From Alphaproteobacteria bacterium (GTDB taxonomy: Bacteria > Pseudomonadota > Alphaproteobacteria > GCA-2731375), in contig JAPKBD010000003.1 of the NCBI GenBank assembly GCA_028824965.1, positions 1-48,962 on the forward strand: a stretch of 48,962 nt of DNA, written 5' to 3'. How positions within the stretch are numbered: position 1 is the first letter of the stretch; the number at the start of each line of letters is the position of its first letter. Shown piece by piece: positions 1-10,182 of the stretch. The translations under genes and the position numbers were made by a program. Below the pieces are notes generated by a model, which searched no databases, was not told the origin of the DNA, and saw only the letters and a program-made list of their open reading frames with translations.

Positions 1-678
1 GCGAATTTGCTTTTCAACAATACCTTCAATATTACCCGATGGCAGATCCTGGCTGCGGCTGCGGATACGTTCAGCAATATCATCCAGGCTCAAATCCAGG
101 CGGCGCAGGGTCTGGGGCGTCATATCGATCCAGATTTCCTCGTCCCTGGCACCAAAAAACAGCACTTGATCAATGCCGCGGGCCAGTAAATCCTCCCTAA
201 TGCGCTTGGCGATAGCCTTTAGGGCGGTTTCGCTGAATGGACCAGACAAGGCAATCCGCGAGATGGTGTCAAAGCGGGCAACCCGGCGAATGATCGGCGT
301 CTCGCTGCCCATCGGCAGCGTGGTCACTTGGGCGACGGCGGATACCACGTCCGAGCGCCCGGCCTGCATATCGCTATCAGCATCGAAGCGGACCAATATT
401 GTTGCCGATCCTTCGATCGAGAAGGATTCAATGTGGTCGACATTGTTCAGATAACGGACTTCCGGTTCGATGGCCGTGACGATATTGGCTTCAATATCTT
501 CAGCGCTGGCACCGGGCCAGACCACATTGATAGACACCACGTCGATGCCGAAGTCGGGAAAGAACTGCGTGTTCATCCGGGACAGGGCGACCCCGCCCAG
601 AACCATCATGATGATCATCAGCAAATTCGCGGCATTGCGATGACGTACAAACAGACGGACCAGATCAGCAGGGGACAT
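1..678 (-). CDS. RND efflux permease (AcrB/AcrD/AcrF family), N-terminal part; runs off the window's left edge
   Basis: Not in the ORF track. Manual translation from the ATG at 678 gives MSPADLVRLFVRHRNAANLLMIIMMVLAGVALSRMNTQFFPDFGIDVVSINVVWPGASAEDIE, a typical RND N-terminus. It directly follows the adaptor gene's stop (TAAATG). Confidence 0.9.
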   Translation of the reverse strand, partial: MSPADLVRLFVRHRNAANLLMIIMMVLGGVALSRMNTQFFPDFGIDVVSINVVWPGASAEDIEANIVTAIEPEVRYLNNVDHIESFSIEGSATILVRFDADSDMQAGRSDVVSAVAQVTTLPMGSETPIIRRVARFDTISRIALSGPFSETALKAIAKRIREDLLARGIDQVLFFGARDEEIWIDMTPQTLRRLDLSLDDIAERIRSRSQDLPSGNIEGIVEKQIR

Positions 679-1920
679 TTAGCGTACTTCTACCTTTTGT
701 CCGGGACTGATCTCTGCAAATCGGGTGACCACAACCTGATCACCATCCTTAATCTCGCCACGCAATAGAACATCGTTGCCAACCCGCGCCACCAATTCGA
801 CCGTACGCTTCTCCAGACGCTCCCCGGCGATCACATAGACTGTGTCGCTGTGGTACAGAGCACTTTCAGGTAACTGTGCCACCTTGCGAAACGTACGGTC
901 AGGCATGGCGATGGTGACAAACGCACCGGGCCGCAAAGGTTTGTTCAGACCCACATCATTCAGGCGGATATAGACCTGCACGCCGCCACTGGCACTGTTG
1001 ATACGTGCACCGACCCGGTCCAGACGCCCGGCATAGACAAAAATTTTCGGACCGACCTGCCAGGTAATTTCCACCATGCGCCCAATCACTGATCCAACGG
1101 ATACCAGGCGACCATACTGGCGGTCAGACAATGTTACCCGTGCTTCCAGACGGCCTGCATCGATCAACCGGGCGACCCGATCATTGGCGCTTAACCGCAT
1201 TCCCACCTGGGCCTGCACGTCCGCCAAAAAACCATCGAACGGCGCGATAAGGCGCACCCGTTGCAAATCCCGCTCAGCCCGGCGCAGGCCCACGGCAAGA
1301 CGATTGATCACTGCGCGCTGCTGTTTAACATGGGCGGCCTCAGCTGCCAGATCACTTTGCCGCATCTCGGTCGCTTTTTGCTGGCGGGTCAGATCCATCC
1401 GTGCGGTATCGAGCCGTTTTTCGGAAACCGAGCCCCGGCCCGAAAGATCGCTCATGCGCTTCACGTCCCGTTGATGCAGGGAAATCATTTCCTGATCCCG
1501 TCGCAAGGCCACAGAATAGGAATTTCGGCGCGCCTGGATCTCCTCCAAACGGGCCTTGGCTTCGTTCACTTGCGCCGTCAATTCATCCAATTTTGCCCGG
1601 TAGTCGAATTCATCAATGGCAACGATCAAATCGCCTTTGCGCAGGCTGCCGCCGTCAACGAATTTATCTGCAACTGCGACCACTTCACCTGCGACAAGGG
1701 CGCGCAACTCAACCTCGCGCCCAGGGACGATTTCACCATACAGATGCATCTTGGGCTGAACATCGGTTAAACCAACCTGGCTTGCCGAGACCAGCCAGGG
1801 TTCTTCCACCTTGTCCAATGGCTCGACAACCGGTTTGGTCCGCACCAAATAGACGGCGCCCATCACTGCGGCCAGAACCAGAATCCCGGGAATTACTGCT
1901 TTACGTACCTGCCATGCCAT
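679..1920 (-). CDS. RND efflux periplasmic adaptor (membrane fusion protein)
   Basis: 413 aa with an N-terminal TM, lipoyl-like halves (VAGEVVAV / IAPFDG), a coiled-coil hairpin and an LRPGAFV motif; directly upstream of the RND permease. Confidence 0.9.
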   Translation of the reverse strand: MAWQVRKAVIPGILVLAAVMGAVYLVRTKPVVEPLDKVEEPWLVSASQVGLTDVQPKMHLYGEIVPGREVELRALVAGEVVAVADKFVDGGSLRKGDLIVAIDEFDYRAKLDELTAQVNEAKARLEEIQARRNSYSVALRRDQEMISLHQRDVKRMSDLSGRGSVSEKRLDTARMDLTRQQKATEMRQSDLAAEAAHVKQQRAVINRLAVGLRRAERDLQRVRLIAPFDGFLADVQAQVGMRLSANDRVARLIDAGRLEARVTLSDRQYGRLVSVGSVIGRMVEITWQVGPKIFVYAGRLDRVGARINSASGGVQVYIRLNDVGLNKPLRPGAFVTIAMPDRTFRKVAQLPESALYHSDTVYVIAGERLEKRTVELVARVGNDVLLRGEIKDGDQVVVTRFAEISPGQKVEVR

Positions 1921-2040
1921 GGCGCATAACTATTGAGATTGGTCTAAACAATCAAGTATTGATAAATGGATGCGCTCGACTGCTAGACCAACGTCGACAT
2001 GGCGGTTATCCTGCGTGAAATTATTCATTGGGGAAAAGGC

Positions 2041-3198
2041 ATGTCCGCTCAAATCTACACGCCGCGTGAAATGATCGACCGTCTGATCGCCTTCGATACG
2101 ACCAGCCGCTTTTCGAATTTGGAGTTGATCCACTTTGTGCGGGATTATCTGGCGGACCACGGTGTGGAATCAACCTTGATCCATGACAAAACCGGTACCA
2201 AGGCAAACTTGTTTGCCACTGTGGGCCCGATGATCGATGGCGGCGTGGTGCTGTCCGGCCACACAGACGTGGTACCCGTGGACGGCCAGGATTGGTCATC
2301 TGATCCATTTCAGGTCGATGAACGGGATGGCAGGCTATATGGCCGGGGCACCTCGGACATGAAAAGTTTCTGCGCCATTGCCTTGGCCCTGGTCCCGGAC
2401 ATGGTTGCAAAAGGCCTGACCCTGCCGATCCATTTCGCCCTGTCATATGATGAGGAGATTGGCTGCCTGGGCGCGCCGGACCTGTCGCGCCATATCCAGG
2501 GTCTGCCCGTCAAGCCACAAGCCCTGATCGTTGGCGAACCGACCGAGATGAAGGTGGTCAACGCACATAAAGGTTGTTGCGCCATCAGAACGACAATTAC
2601 GGGACGTGAAGGCCATTCATCGGAAACCCACAAAGGGGTCAATTCAATTTTCGCAGCTGCAAAATTGATCGGTTACCTGGATGATCTGGCAGAGGGTTTA
2701 AAAACCTCGAACATTAATGAGCGTTTTGATCCACCCTACACAACGGTACAGGTTGGCACTATCACGGGCGGCACCGCCGGTAATATCATTCCCAAAGAAA
2801 CAACATTCTGGTGGGAATATCGTGCCCTGCCGGAAGTTGATGGCGCTGCCATCGTCGCTGACTTCAGGGCCTTTGCCGAGGAACAGGTCCTGCCAAGAAT
2901 GCGCGCGGTCCATCCAGAAGCCGATATCCGCGTCGATGTTCGGGGTGAGGTGATACCGCTGTTGCCGGAGGACGGATCACCTGCGGAAACCCTGGTCCTC
3001 GCCCTGATGGGCAGCAACCAAGCCTATGCGGTGTCCTACGGCACCGAAGCGGGCATTTTTCAGAAAGACGGCGTCGCATCCGTGATTTGCGGGCCGGGCA
3101 GTATTTCCGTCGCCCATCGCCCTGATGAGTTTATTGAAATTTCCCAAGTGGAAGAATGCATAGCCCTCATGCGCCGTCTGATCGATCACTTGGGCTAG
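2041..3198 (+). CDS. argE: Acetylornithine deacetylase (M20 family)
   Basis: Motifs SGHTDVVP, GRGTSDMK, YDEEIGC, GEPT, GTEAG and AHRPDE. Start taken at ATG 2041 (MSAQIY). Confidence 0.88.
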   Translation: MSAQIYTPREMIDRLIAFDTTSRFSNLELIHFVRDYLADHGVESTLIHDKTGTKANLFATVGPMIDGGVVLSGHTDVVPVDGQDWSSDPFQVDERDGRLYGRGTSDMKSFCAIALALVPDMVAKGLTLPIHFALSYDEEIGCLGAPDLSRHIQGLPVKPQALIVGEPTEMKVVNAHKGCCAIRTTITGREGHSSETHKGVNSIFAAAKLIGYLDDLAEGLKTSNINERFDPPYTTVQVGTITGGTAGNIIPKETTFWWEYRALPEVDGAAIVADFRAFAEEQVLPRMRAVHPEADIRVDVRGEVIPLLPEDGSPAETLVLALMGSNQAYAVSYGTEAGIFQKDGVASVICGPGSISVAHRPDEFIEISQVEECIALMRRLIDHLG

Positions 3199-3213
3199 AA
3201 TATTTCCAATCAA

Positions 3214-3828
3214 TCAGGGCGCCGATTTGAATGAACTTAGATGACGGTCGATATTTGCTGTCATTGTTTTGTCAAAGTCATTTGATGCAGCCTCTACAAA
3301 GCGGTAGAGGATATCGTCACGATCATTCAGGCTGATCCTCTCCGGCAGGGTGCGGGTGCGTGTTGCCGTTGCGGTTGCGAAGCCTTTTGACAGACCACCG
3401 GTGTTCTCCACCTCTAACTTCGCCTCTAGGCGTGCGTCATAGCGGGCTGCCTGATCCAAGGTAAAGGCCGCTTTCAGGCCTTTCTTTTTGACCAAAGCCT
3501 CAGCCTTCACGGAGGCATCCATAATTATAAACCTAGCGATGCCGGTATTTCCCACCGCACGCAATCGGTCTTGGGCCCAGGTCCGCATTGCCTTGGCCGG
3601 TGCCAGGGGCAGTTCATGCTCCACGTTCGGGGCCCGCAGGGGGGAGCGGAATTGCTCAACCACCTCTATCCGGGCCACATTCAGCTCTATCACCGGCAAA
3701 TGATTAAAACGCAAATCGGGATAATTGACGACAGGCAGGGGGCTTTCGCATGCTGTCAGCAGATAAAAAAGACACAGGGCCGGAACAGACGCCGGAACTA
3801 TGGACAGGAAGCGGGGGAGTTTCATCAC
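3214..3828 (-). CDS. Conserved hypothetical lipoprotein
   Basis: 204 aa with a signal peptide and lipobox LTAC; co-oriented after hslO. Confidence 0.75.
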   Translation of the reverse strand: MMKLPRFLSIVPASVPALCLFYLLTACESPLPVVNYPDLRFNHLPVIELNVARIEVVEQFRSPLRAPNVEHELPLAPAKAMRTWAQDRLRAVGNTGIARFIIMDASVKAEALVKKKGLKAAFTLDQAARYDARLEAKLEVENTGGLSKGFATATATRTRTLPERISLNDRDDILYRFVEAASNDFDKTMTANIDRHLSSFKSAP

Positions 3829-3836
3829 CAGAACCT

Positions 3837-4769
3837 TTAATTGGATGGGCTGAATTGATCTAATGTGAAAGTGTAAGACGCATTGCAGAATTCACAAGTG
3901 ACGATCAACTGACCATCGACGGCCAAATCCGGCAATTCAGTTGCAGGCAGCTGCTGCAATATCCGCTCCGCCCGCTCGTGGGAGCATCGACAACCAGGTT
4001 GCAGCGCTGTCGGGTCGAAAATCCGAACACCATCTTCGTGGAACAGACGAAACAGCAGATCGTCAGCGGACAAAGTCGGATCCGTTAATTCTGCGTCCTT
4101 GGTACTGGCCAGCATCGTCACGACGCGACGCCAATCATCCTCGGAAATCTCGTCCCGCTCCACCTCAACCCCACGGGCCAGTAAACTTGGGTCACCTTCG
4201 GGCAGACGTTGCAGCATAATTGCGCCACCGCGCCAGGGCCCATTGTCCGCGGTCTTCACACAAGTCAGTGCAATCGCTGTCTCAATCTGTTCCGATTCCC
4301 GGAAATAGTTGTGGGCGCAATCTGCCAGGCTGTGACCTTCCAATGCAACAATGCCTTGATAACGTTCCGTGTCCGCACCCTGATCAACGGTAAAGGCAAT
4401 ATGGCCCGCACCCTGGAGACGGGGAATTGAGGGTTTGATGGTAGTATCGATACTTTCCACGGCCTTAGCATCAAACTGCGCATAGCCGCGCAAATCGCCA
4501 GGTGACCGATAGTCGGCAACCAGCGTCGAAATTGGTCCGTCACCTTTGGTTTGCAGGGTGAATATGCCATCGAACTTTAAGGCACTGGCCAACACACACG
4601 ACAGTGCCACGGCCTCTCCCAGCAATTGGGCCACGGGGTCGGGATAGTCATGACGGCCTAATATTTCGTCCAACGCAGGGCCCAGGCGAACCAAGCGGCC
4701 GCGCACGCCAACGCCTTCAATTTGAAAGGGGCGGATCAGATCGTCAGGCACCGATGTCATGGAACTCAA
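3837..4769 (-). CDS. hslO: Hsp33 redox-regulated chaperone
   Basis: C-terminal zinc motif CRCS...CEFC, plus YF..SEQ and YQGIV motifs. Confidence 0.95.
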   Translation of the reverse strand: MSSMTSVPDDLIRPFQIEGVGVRGRLVRLGPALDEILGRHDYPDPVAQLLGEAVALSCVLASALKFDGIFTLQTKGDGPISTLVADYRSPGDLRGYAQFDAKAVESIDTTIKPSIPRLQGAGHIAFTVDQGADTERYQGIVALEGHSLADCAHNYFRESEQIETAIALTCVKTADNGPWRGGAIMLQRLPEGDPSLLARGVEVERDEISEDDWRRVVTMLASTKDAELTDPTLSADDLLFRLFHEDGVRIFDPTALQPGCRCSHERAERILQQLPATELPDLAVDGQLIVTCEFCNASYTFTLDQFSPSN

Positions 4770-4773
4770 TCTG

Positions 4774-5706
4774 CTAACCCAGACACCAGGTCAGGATGCC
4801 TTTCTGCGCATGCAAACGGTTCTCGGCCTCATCCCAGACCAGAGACCGTGGTCCGTCAATAACCTCCGCCGTGACTTCTTCGCCACGATGGGCGGGTAGA
4901 CAGTGCATGAAGACAGCGTCTGCTTTCGCATGGGCGATCAATTGGTCGTTCACTTGATATGGTGCGAGCAGGTTATGGCGCTGACGGCCGGTTTCTTCAT
5001 CATCATGCATGGAGACCCAAGCGTCCGAGACGATGCAATCGCTACCGCGTACAGCGTCTTCAGCCGATTCCGTAACCGTGATTGTGGCGCCATTCTCCCG
5101 GGCCCACTGCACCGCACTGGCTGATGGACTTAAGCCTTCCGGGCAGGCCAGGCGCATCTCGTAGCCGAATTGAGCGGCCCCATGGATCCACGAAGTGGCA
5201 ACATTGTTACCATCGCCGGCCCAGGTAACGATCTGTCCACTGGCATCGCCACGGTGTTCTTCCAAGGTCATCACATCGGCCATCAATTGGCAGGGATGGC
5301 TGGTATCCGTCAAGCCGTTGATCACGGGCACAGTCGCGTGTTGCACCAATTCTTCCAGCATCTCGTGGGATTTGGTGCGCAACATGATGGCATCCACATA
5401 CCGGGATAGAACCCGCGCCGTGTCGGCCATGGACTCACCCCGATCAATTTGCAGATCGTCCGAGTTCAAAACGATGGTCTCGCCGCCCAGCTGGCGCATC
5501 CCAACATCAAAAGATACCCGAGTGCGGGTCGATGGCTGAATGAACACCATGGCCAGGATTTTACCCGCCAAGGGCTTGTCATCGTCAAGCGTGCCTTTCG
5601 GTCGGCCGGCACGGGCATCTTTACGGGCCTTGCCGCTGTCCAGGATGCCGCGCAGCGCAGTGCCGTCAATCTGGTCAATATCCAGAAAATGACGCAGTTG
5701 GCTCAT
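4774..5706 (-). CDS. argF: Ornithine carbamoyltransferase
   Basis: [19 protein letters not shown] and AENRLH motifs. ATG 5706 overlaps the argD stop (ATGA). Confidence 0.96.
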   Translation of the reverse strand: MSQLRHFLDIDQIDGTALRGILDSGKARKDARAGRPKGTLDDDKPLAGKILAMVFIQPSTRTRVSFDVGMRQLGGETIVLNSDDLQIDRGESMADTARVLSRYVDAIMLRTKSHEMLEELVQHATVPVINGLTDTSHPCQLMADVMTLEEHRGDASGQIVTWAGDGNNVATSWIHGAAQFGYEMRLACPEGLSPSASAVQWARENGATITVTESAEDAVRGSDCIVSDAWVSMHDDEETGRQRHNLLAPYQVNDQLIAHAKADAVFMHCLPAHRGEEVTAEVIDGPRSLVWDEAENRLHAQKGILTWCLG

Positions 5707-6875
5707 TGTCCCAAATCCCGGCAAACATCTTCCAACGCCGCGATGGCTTCATCTATATTCGCTTCTTCAATATTCAATGGCGGCAGCATACGCAGCACAT
5801 TGTCACCTGCGGGCGGTACCAGAACACCCTTGCCGCGCATGGCCGTGACCAGGTCCATATTGGGGAATTTGCATTTGATACCTAACAGCAACCCCCTGCC
5901 GCGCACTTCTTCAACGACCGAGTCGTTGCGCTTACAAACATCTTCCATACGCGCCCGCAACAGATCACCTAGACGTTCGACATTCTCGATAAAGCCATCC
6001 GCTAGAATAATATCCAGCACCGCGTTACCGGCAGCTGCCGCCAGCGGGTTGCCGCCGTAAGTGGAACCATGGGTTCCTGCGACCATGCCTTTCGCAGCGT
6101 CTGCCGTGGCCATACAGGCGCCGATGGGGAAACCACCGCCAATGCCTTTGCCCAAGGTTGCGATATCCGGCTTGATGCCGGACCATTCATGAGCCAGCAA
6201 TTTGCCCGTCCGACCCATACCTGTCTGAACTTCATCAACAATCAACAACAAGCCGTTGTCGTCACAAACCTGGCGCAATTGTACCATCACTGCATCATCA
6301 ACAACCATCACGCCGCCTTCAGCCTGGATAGGTTCAATCATAATAGCAGCCGTGTTCGGGCCAATGGCCGCATCCAGTGCCGCCCAATCACCCACAGGCA
6401 CATGGTCGAAACCGTCCATTTTTGGACCAAAACCGTCGAGGATTTTTTCCGTACCTGTTGCAGCGATGGTCGCAAATGTGCGGCCATGGAAACAATCATT
6501 GAAGGTAATGACCCGATAGCGTTCGGGATTTCCGTTGGTGTGATGATAGCGCCGCACCATTTTCAGCGCGCATTCATTGGCCTCAGCCCCTGAATTACAG
6601 AAGAAAACCGTATCGGCAAAACTGTTGGCGACCAGACGTTCGGCCAGGCGCTCCTGCCCCGGAATATTGTACAGGTTCGATGTATGCATCAACGTGGCGG
6701 CCTGCTTTTGGATTTCGGCCACCACATGGGGGTGGCTGTGGCCCACGCACAACACGGCTAATCCGGTGGCAAAATCAAGATACTTCGCCCCCTTGGTGTC
6801 ATACATGTAGGCACCTTCGCCCCGTTCGAATGCGATATCAATTCTGCCATAGGTCGACATGACTGCTGCGGTCAC
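5703..6875 (-). CDS. argD: Acetylornithine aminotransferase (class III PLP enzyme)
   Basis: [24 protein letters not shown] and [10 protein letters not shown] motifs. GTG start at 6875 with an AGGAGG SD. Confidence 0.94.
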   Translation of the reverse strand: MTAAVMSTYGRIDIAFERGEGAYMYDTKGAKYLDFATGLAVLCVGHSHPHVVAEIQKQAATLMHTSNLYNIPGQERLAERLVANSFADTVFFCNSGAEANECALKMVRRYHHTNGNPERYRVITFNDCFHGRTFATIAATGTEKILDGFGPKMDGFDHVPVGDWAALDAAIGPNTAAIMIEPIQAEGGVMVVDDAVMVQLRQVCDDNGLLLIVDEVQTGMGRTGKLLAHEWSGIKPDIATLGKGIGGGFPIGACMATADAAKGMVAGTHGSTYGGNPLAAAAGNAVLDIILADGFIENVERLGDLLRARMEDVCKRNDSVVEEVRGRGLLLGIKCKFPNMDLVTAMRGKGVLVPPAGDNVLRMLPPLNIEEANIDEAIAALEDVCRDLGQ

Positions 6876-6934
6876 GGCAGTACCCTCCTGCACTAATTTA
6901 AGCGGCGGACACAACCGCCTGGGAAAGGGGCCGG

Positions 6935-6962
6935 ATTATCAATGCAATCGCGCCGGTGTCAA
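6935..6962 (-). promoter_or_regulatory. Putative sigma70 promoter of the argD-argF-hslO operon
   Basis: Minus strand reads TTGACA (6962-6957), 16 nt, GATAAT (6940-6935), about 60 nt upstream of the argD start. Confidence 0.6.
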
Positions 6963-7013
6963 GCGGCTCTCGCTGCCGACTTCAATACAGACAGCCGTGT
7001 GGACTGCCAGGTA

Positions 7014-9134
7014 CTATTCAGACTCGGGCGGAATTCCAAAATGCGCCCACCTTTGACGCCCGCCTTCAATATCAAGATAGTGCAGCAGGGCGGAGACGGG
7101 GCGGGTGTCATAGGCGGTGCCCGTACCGGTCATCAAGGCCTTGGACGCCTCACCAAACGACATGCCAGGGCGGTATGCGCGGGCGCTGACCATGCCGACA
7201 AAGGCGTTGGCCACGGCGACAATCCGGGCGGTCGGCAATATTTCTTCCGATGCCAGATTGGCCGGCTGACCTTTACCATCCCAGCGTTCCTGAATTTGCC
7301 GAATAGTGTCGGCGACAGGGCCGTCGAATTCCACACCTTCGATTAAATCAGCACTGGTCAGAATGGATTCTCTGATCAAGGCAAGTTCTGCATCGGTCAG
7401 CTTTTCAGTCTTGGTTAAAACGCCGCTTGGCACCGTGACCTTACCCAAATTCATCAAGGCACCGGCAATGTCGCAAGTTTCAACCGCGGCTTCATCCATA
7501 TGCATGGCCTCTGCAATGGCGCGGGATACTTCGGCGACGCGGGCGGAATGATGGGCCGAGAACGGGTCGCGCCGATCAACCACGGCAACGCAGGTCTGGA
7601 CCAGCTCACGCAATATACGGGCACGACGCTCCCGCTCATCCACAAGGTCGGTGATATCCTCCATTATCATCAAGACACCGGAAGGATCTTGACCCTCAGA
7701 TCGCAGCGGAATGTGGTCGGTCTTTATAACCCGGCGACCTGTGGGCCTGGCTTCTGCACGCCATTCCGTCAGGGGTGTGCCCTTGTCTATGACCTGGGCG
7801 TTGGCACGCTGAAAATGCGCGGCCTTATCTGCGCCCATGAAGTTAAGCAAAGATTTACCGATCAATTCATTCGCGGCCATGCCGGTTTCTTCGCCGCTTT
7901 TCGAATTGGCGAACATCACCTGGCCCGCACGGTCCACGGCGACGATGGCCGTTGGCTGGCTGTCGGTGACAACACGGAGAAAGTCGCTGACGGTCTGCAA
8001 TTGAGCGTTCGATTGGCGCAAGCCTTCTGCCGCTGCGGCCACCCGGACAGAGGAACCATGACGCCACACAGCGAAAATAGCCGCCGTCACCACAGCGATG
8101 ACCAACCATAATCCGATCAACAGGGTCAATTGGCGGCGATCAGACACGGCCAATGCCTCCGCCCGATCAACACTTCGGATCAGAACCCAAGGTAAACCCT
8201 GGATGCTTCTGCTGGTCGCCAGCACCTCCCGACCCTAGTAGTTATTGAAGATGCCGAAACCACCGGCCCGGGACATCAATTCAGCGCCTGCCAGGTTTTT
8301 CGTATCAAGGGCCAGGGATTGCTTCAAAGGCGGTGTGCCATCCGCCAGGGGCGAGATATATTCCACCGTCGAGCCATTTTTCCGCACCATATATGTATGA
8401 CCGCTGCGCAAAGTTTCGCCTGGCTGCGCCAGACGCCCAAACAGACCACTGCCAACCGTGCGAATACCAATGATCGCGCCGACCTGGTCAGCCGGTCGGT
8501 TTTCGCCCTGAACCGCAAAAATGGGTTGCAGGAATGCCATCGTCGCCTCCCCCGTGGGGCCGGCATAAAGGTCCAGCGCGCCGCGTGTACCTAATTTCGT
8601 CCCCCGCACGAAGTCATGCAATCGAGCGTCTAATGCCGGCGTACCCGGGGTGGTGACCAAAATTTCGCCCTTTTTGTCCAACAGAGCCAAACCGGCAATC
8701 CCGACCCGTTTTACATTCGCCTGAACGTCGGCGCCCTGTATAGGTTCGCTGAAACCAGACTGATCCGCCGTCACAATTAGTAGATTTGCCAGATATTCCG
8801 CCTGTGCGGATTGGTCAGTAACCGCCCCGGATTGACCGCCCGAAAGTGACAGTTCCGTCAGATAAAGTTGGAGCGACAAATTGTCGGCAAGGCCGGACAG
8901 CGTATTAAATTGCTGATCGCGCCATTGCCGCACAGCCTGGGCCCGGCTGGCGGCGACTATACCAAGGCGCACCTGCCATTGCTGCAGATCGCGCTCCCCC
9001 TCGGCCCTAACAAAAGTGTGCACCGCAAACATGCCCAAGACCGCGCATAGCAACAGCAAAGCGCCTGCTGCAACGACATTCCTGTTAATTTTGCTCACTG
9101 CTTCGCCTCTATCATTTTTGATTTTGCCAGCCAA
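7014..9134 (-). pseudogene. Membrane sensor TM-Cache-like-TM-PAS-HD-GYP (degenerate), interrupted by an in-frame TAG at 8235-8237
   Basis: ORFs 8235..9134 and 7014..8225 share a frame; the junction reads FNNY*GREVLATSR. The C-terminus has HD-GYP-like segments RRDPFSAHHSARV, LMNLGK, QERWDGKGQP and SARAYR. Confidence 0.8.
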
Positions 9135-9241
9135 AAACGGCCTTTTGCCATAAATCCAACGCTATAGCACTCGAATATAGTAAAAAAATCGGTATACATT
9201 AGGCTGAAATTCGACATTTCCTACGCTTTTAGGGCACAATT

Positions 9242-10135
9242 ATGCAAATTCCGCTGCTGGCCATTGCCACAGCCATAGGGATCAACATCCTTTGGGGTGC
9301 CAATCCTGTCGCAGTAAAGATAGGTCTGGTCGCATTTCCCCCATTTTGGAGCGCCTTTCTACGCTTTGCCATCGGGGCCCTATGCATCATCATCTGGGCG
9401 CGTCTGAACAAAATTCGAATTTGGCCTACGGCGCCCGAATGGCCCGGTTTGTTGCTCCTCGCGCTGCTGTTCATAACACAGATCGGCCTGATGAATTCAG
9501 GCATCAACATGACCTCAGGCGCATCAGCCTCTGTGATGACGGCGACCCACCCCTTATTCGCAGGCCTATTCGCCCATTTCCTGATTGCCGGCGACCGGAT
9601 GACCCTTGGGAAGACTGCGGGTCTGCTTGTTGCCTTCCTCGGTGTTGGTCTGATCCTTACGGGTGGCGTCGTTCCGGAGCAATTTTCCCGCGCCAACTTT
9701 GGTGATCTTGTCATATTGGCAAGCACATTTTTGTTAGGCGGACGCATGATCTGGACCGCGCGGCTGGTCAGCAACATGGATCCCGCGCGTGTCATGTTGT
9801 GGCAGATGTTATTGTCCCTCGGTGTGTTCGCTGCGGGTGCCGTCCTGTGGGAAGAGGTGAATTGGGACGCAATAGGTTGGCAACCGATCATGGCATTGGC
9901 CTATCAAGGGATTGTCATTGCCGGCCTTGTTTTCGTGGTCAACGCCTGGCTGATTAAGCACTATAGTCCAACCGTGATTGTCGGATTTGGGTTCGTCTCC
10001 CCCTTGTCCGGCGTGTTATTAAGCGCATTATTGTTAGGCGATTCCCTGACCTGGGATCTTGCTGCAGGCACGGCACTGGTTGGTATAGGTTTGGTCATAT
10101 TGGCGCGACAGGCCCAACTGCGTCCAAAAAACTAG
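9242..10135 (+). CDS. DMT/EamA family transporter
   Basis: 297 aa, about 10 hydrophobic segments, ILWG and LRF motifs, two EamA-like halves. Confidence 0.9.
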   Translation: MQIPLLAIATAIGINILWGANPVAVKIGLVAFPPFWSAFLRFAIGALCIIIWARLNKIRIWPTAPEWPGLLLLALLFITQIGLMNSGINMTSGASASVMTATHPLFAGLFAHFLIAGDRMTLGKTAGLLVAFLGVGLILTGGVVPEQFSRANFGDLVILASTFLLGGRMIWTARLVSNMDPARVMLWQMLLSLGVFAAGAVLWEEVNWDAIGWQPIMALAYQGIVIAGLVFVVNAWLIKHYSPTVIVGFGFVSPLSGVLLSALLLGDSLTWDLAAGTALVGIGLVILARQAQLRPKN

Positions 10136-10182
10136 TGTCGAAGGATTAGTCGCGACAAACCCGTCGCATGGAGTTTTTGAGA

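Noticed and set aside
8235-8237. Pyrrolysine decoding or genome-wide stop-codon reassignment
   Set aside because: No pyl genes are in the window, and TAG and TAA end many intact genes at their expected C-termini (argE, ccmB and ccmC use TAG; rpe and ccmF use TAA).
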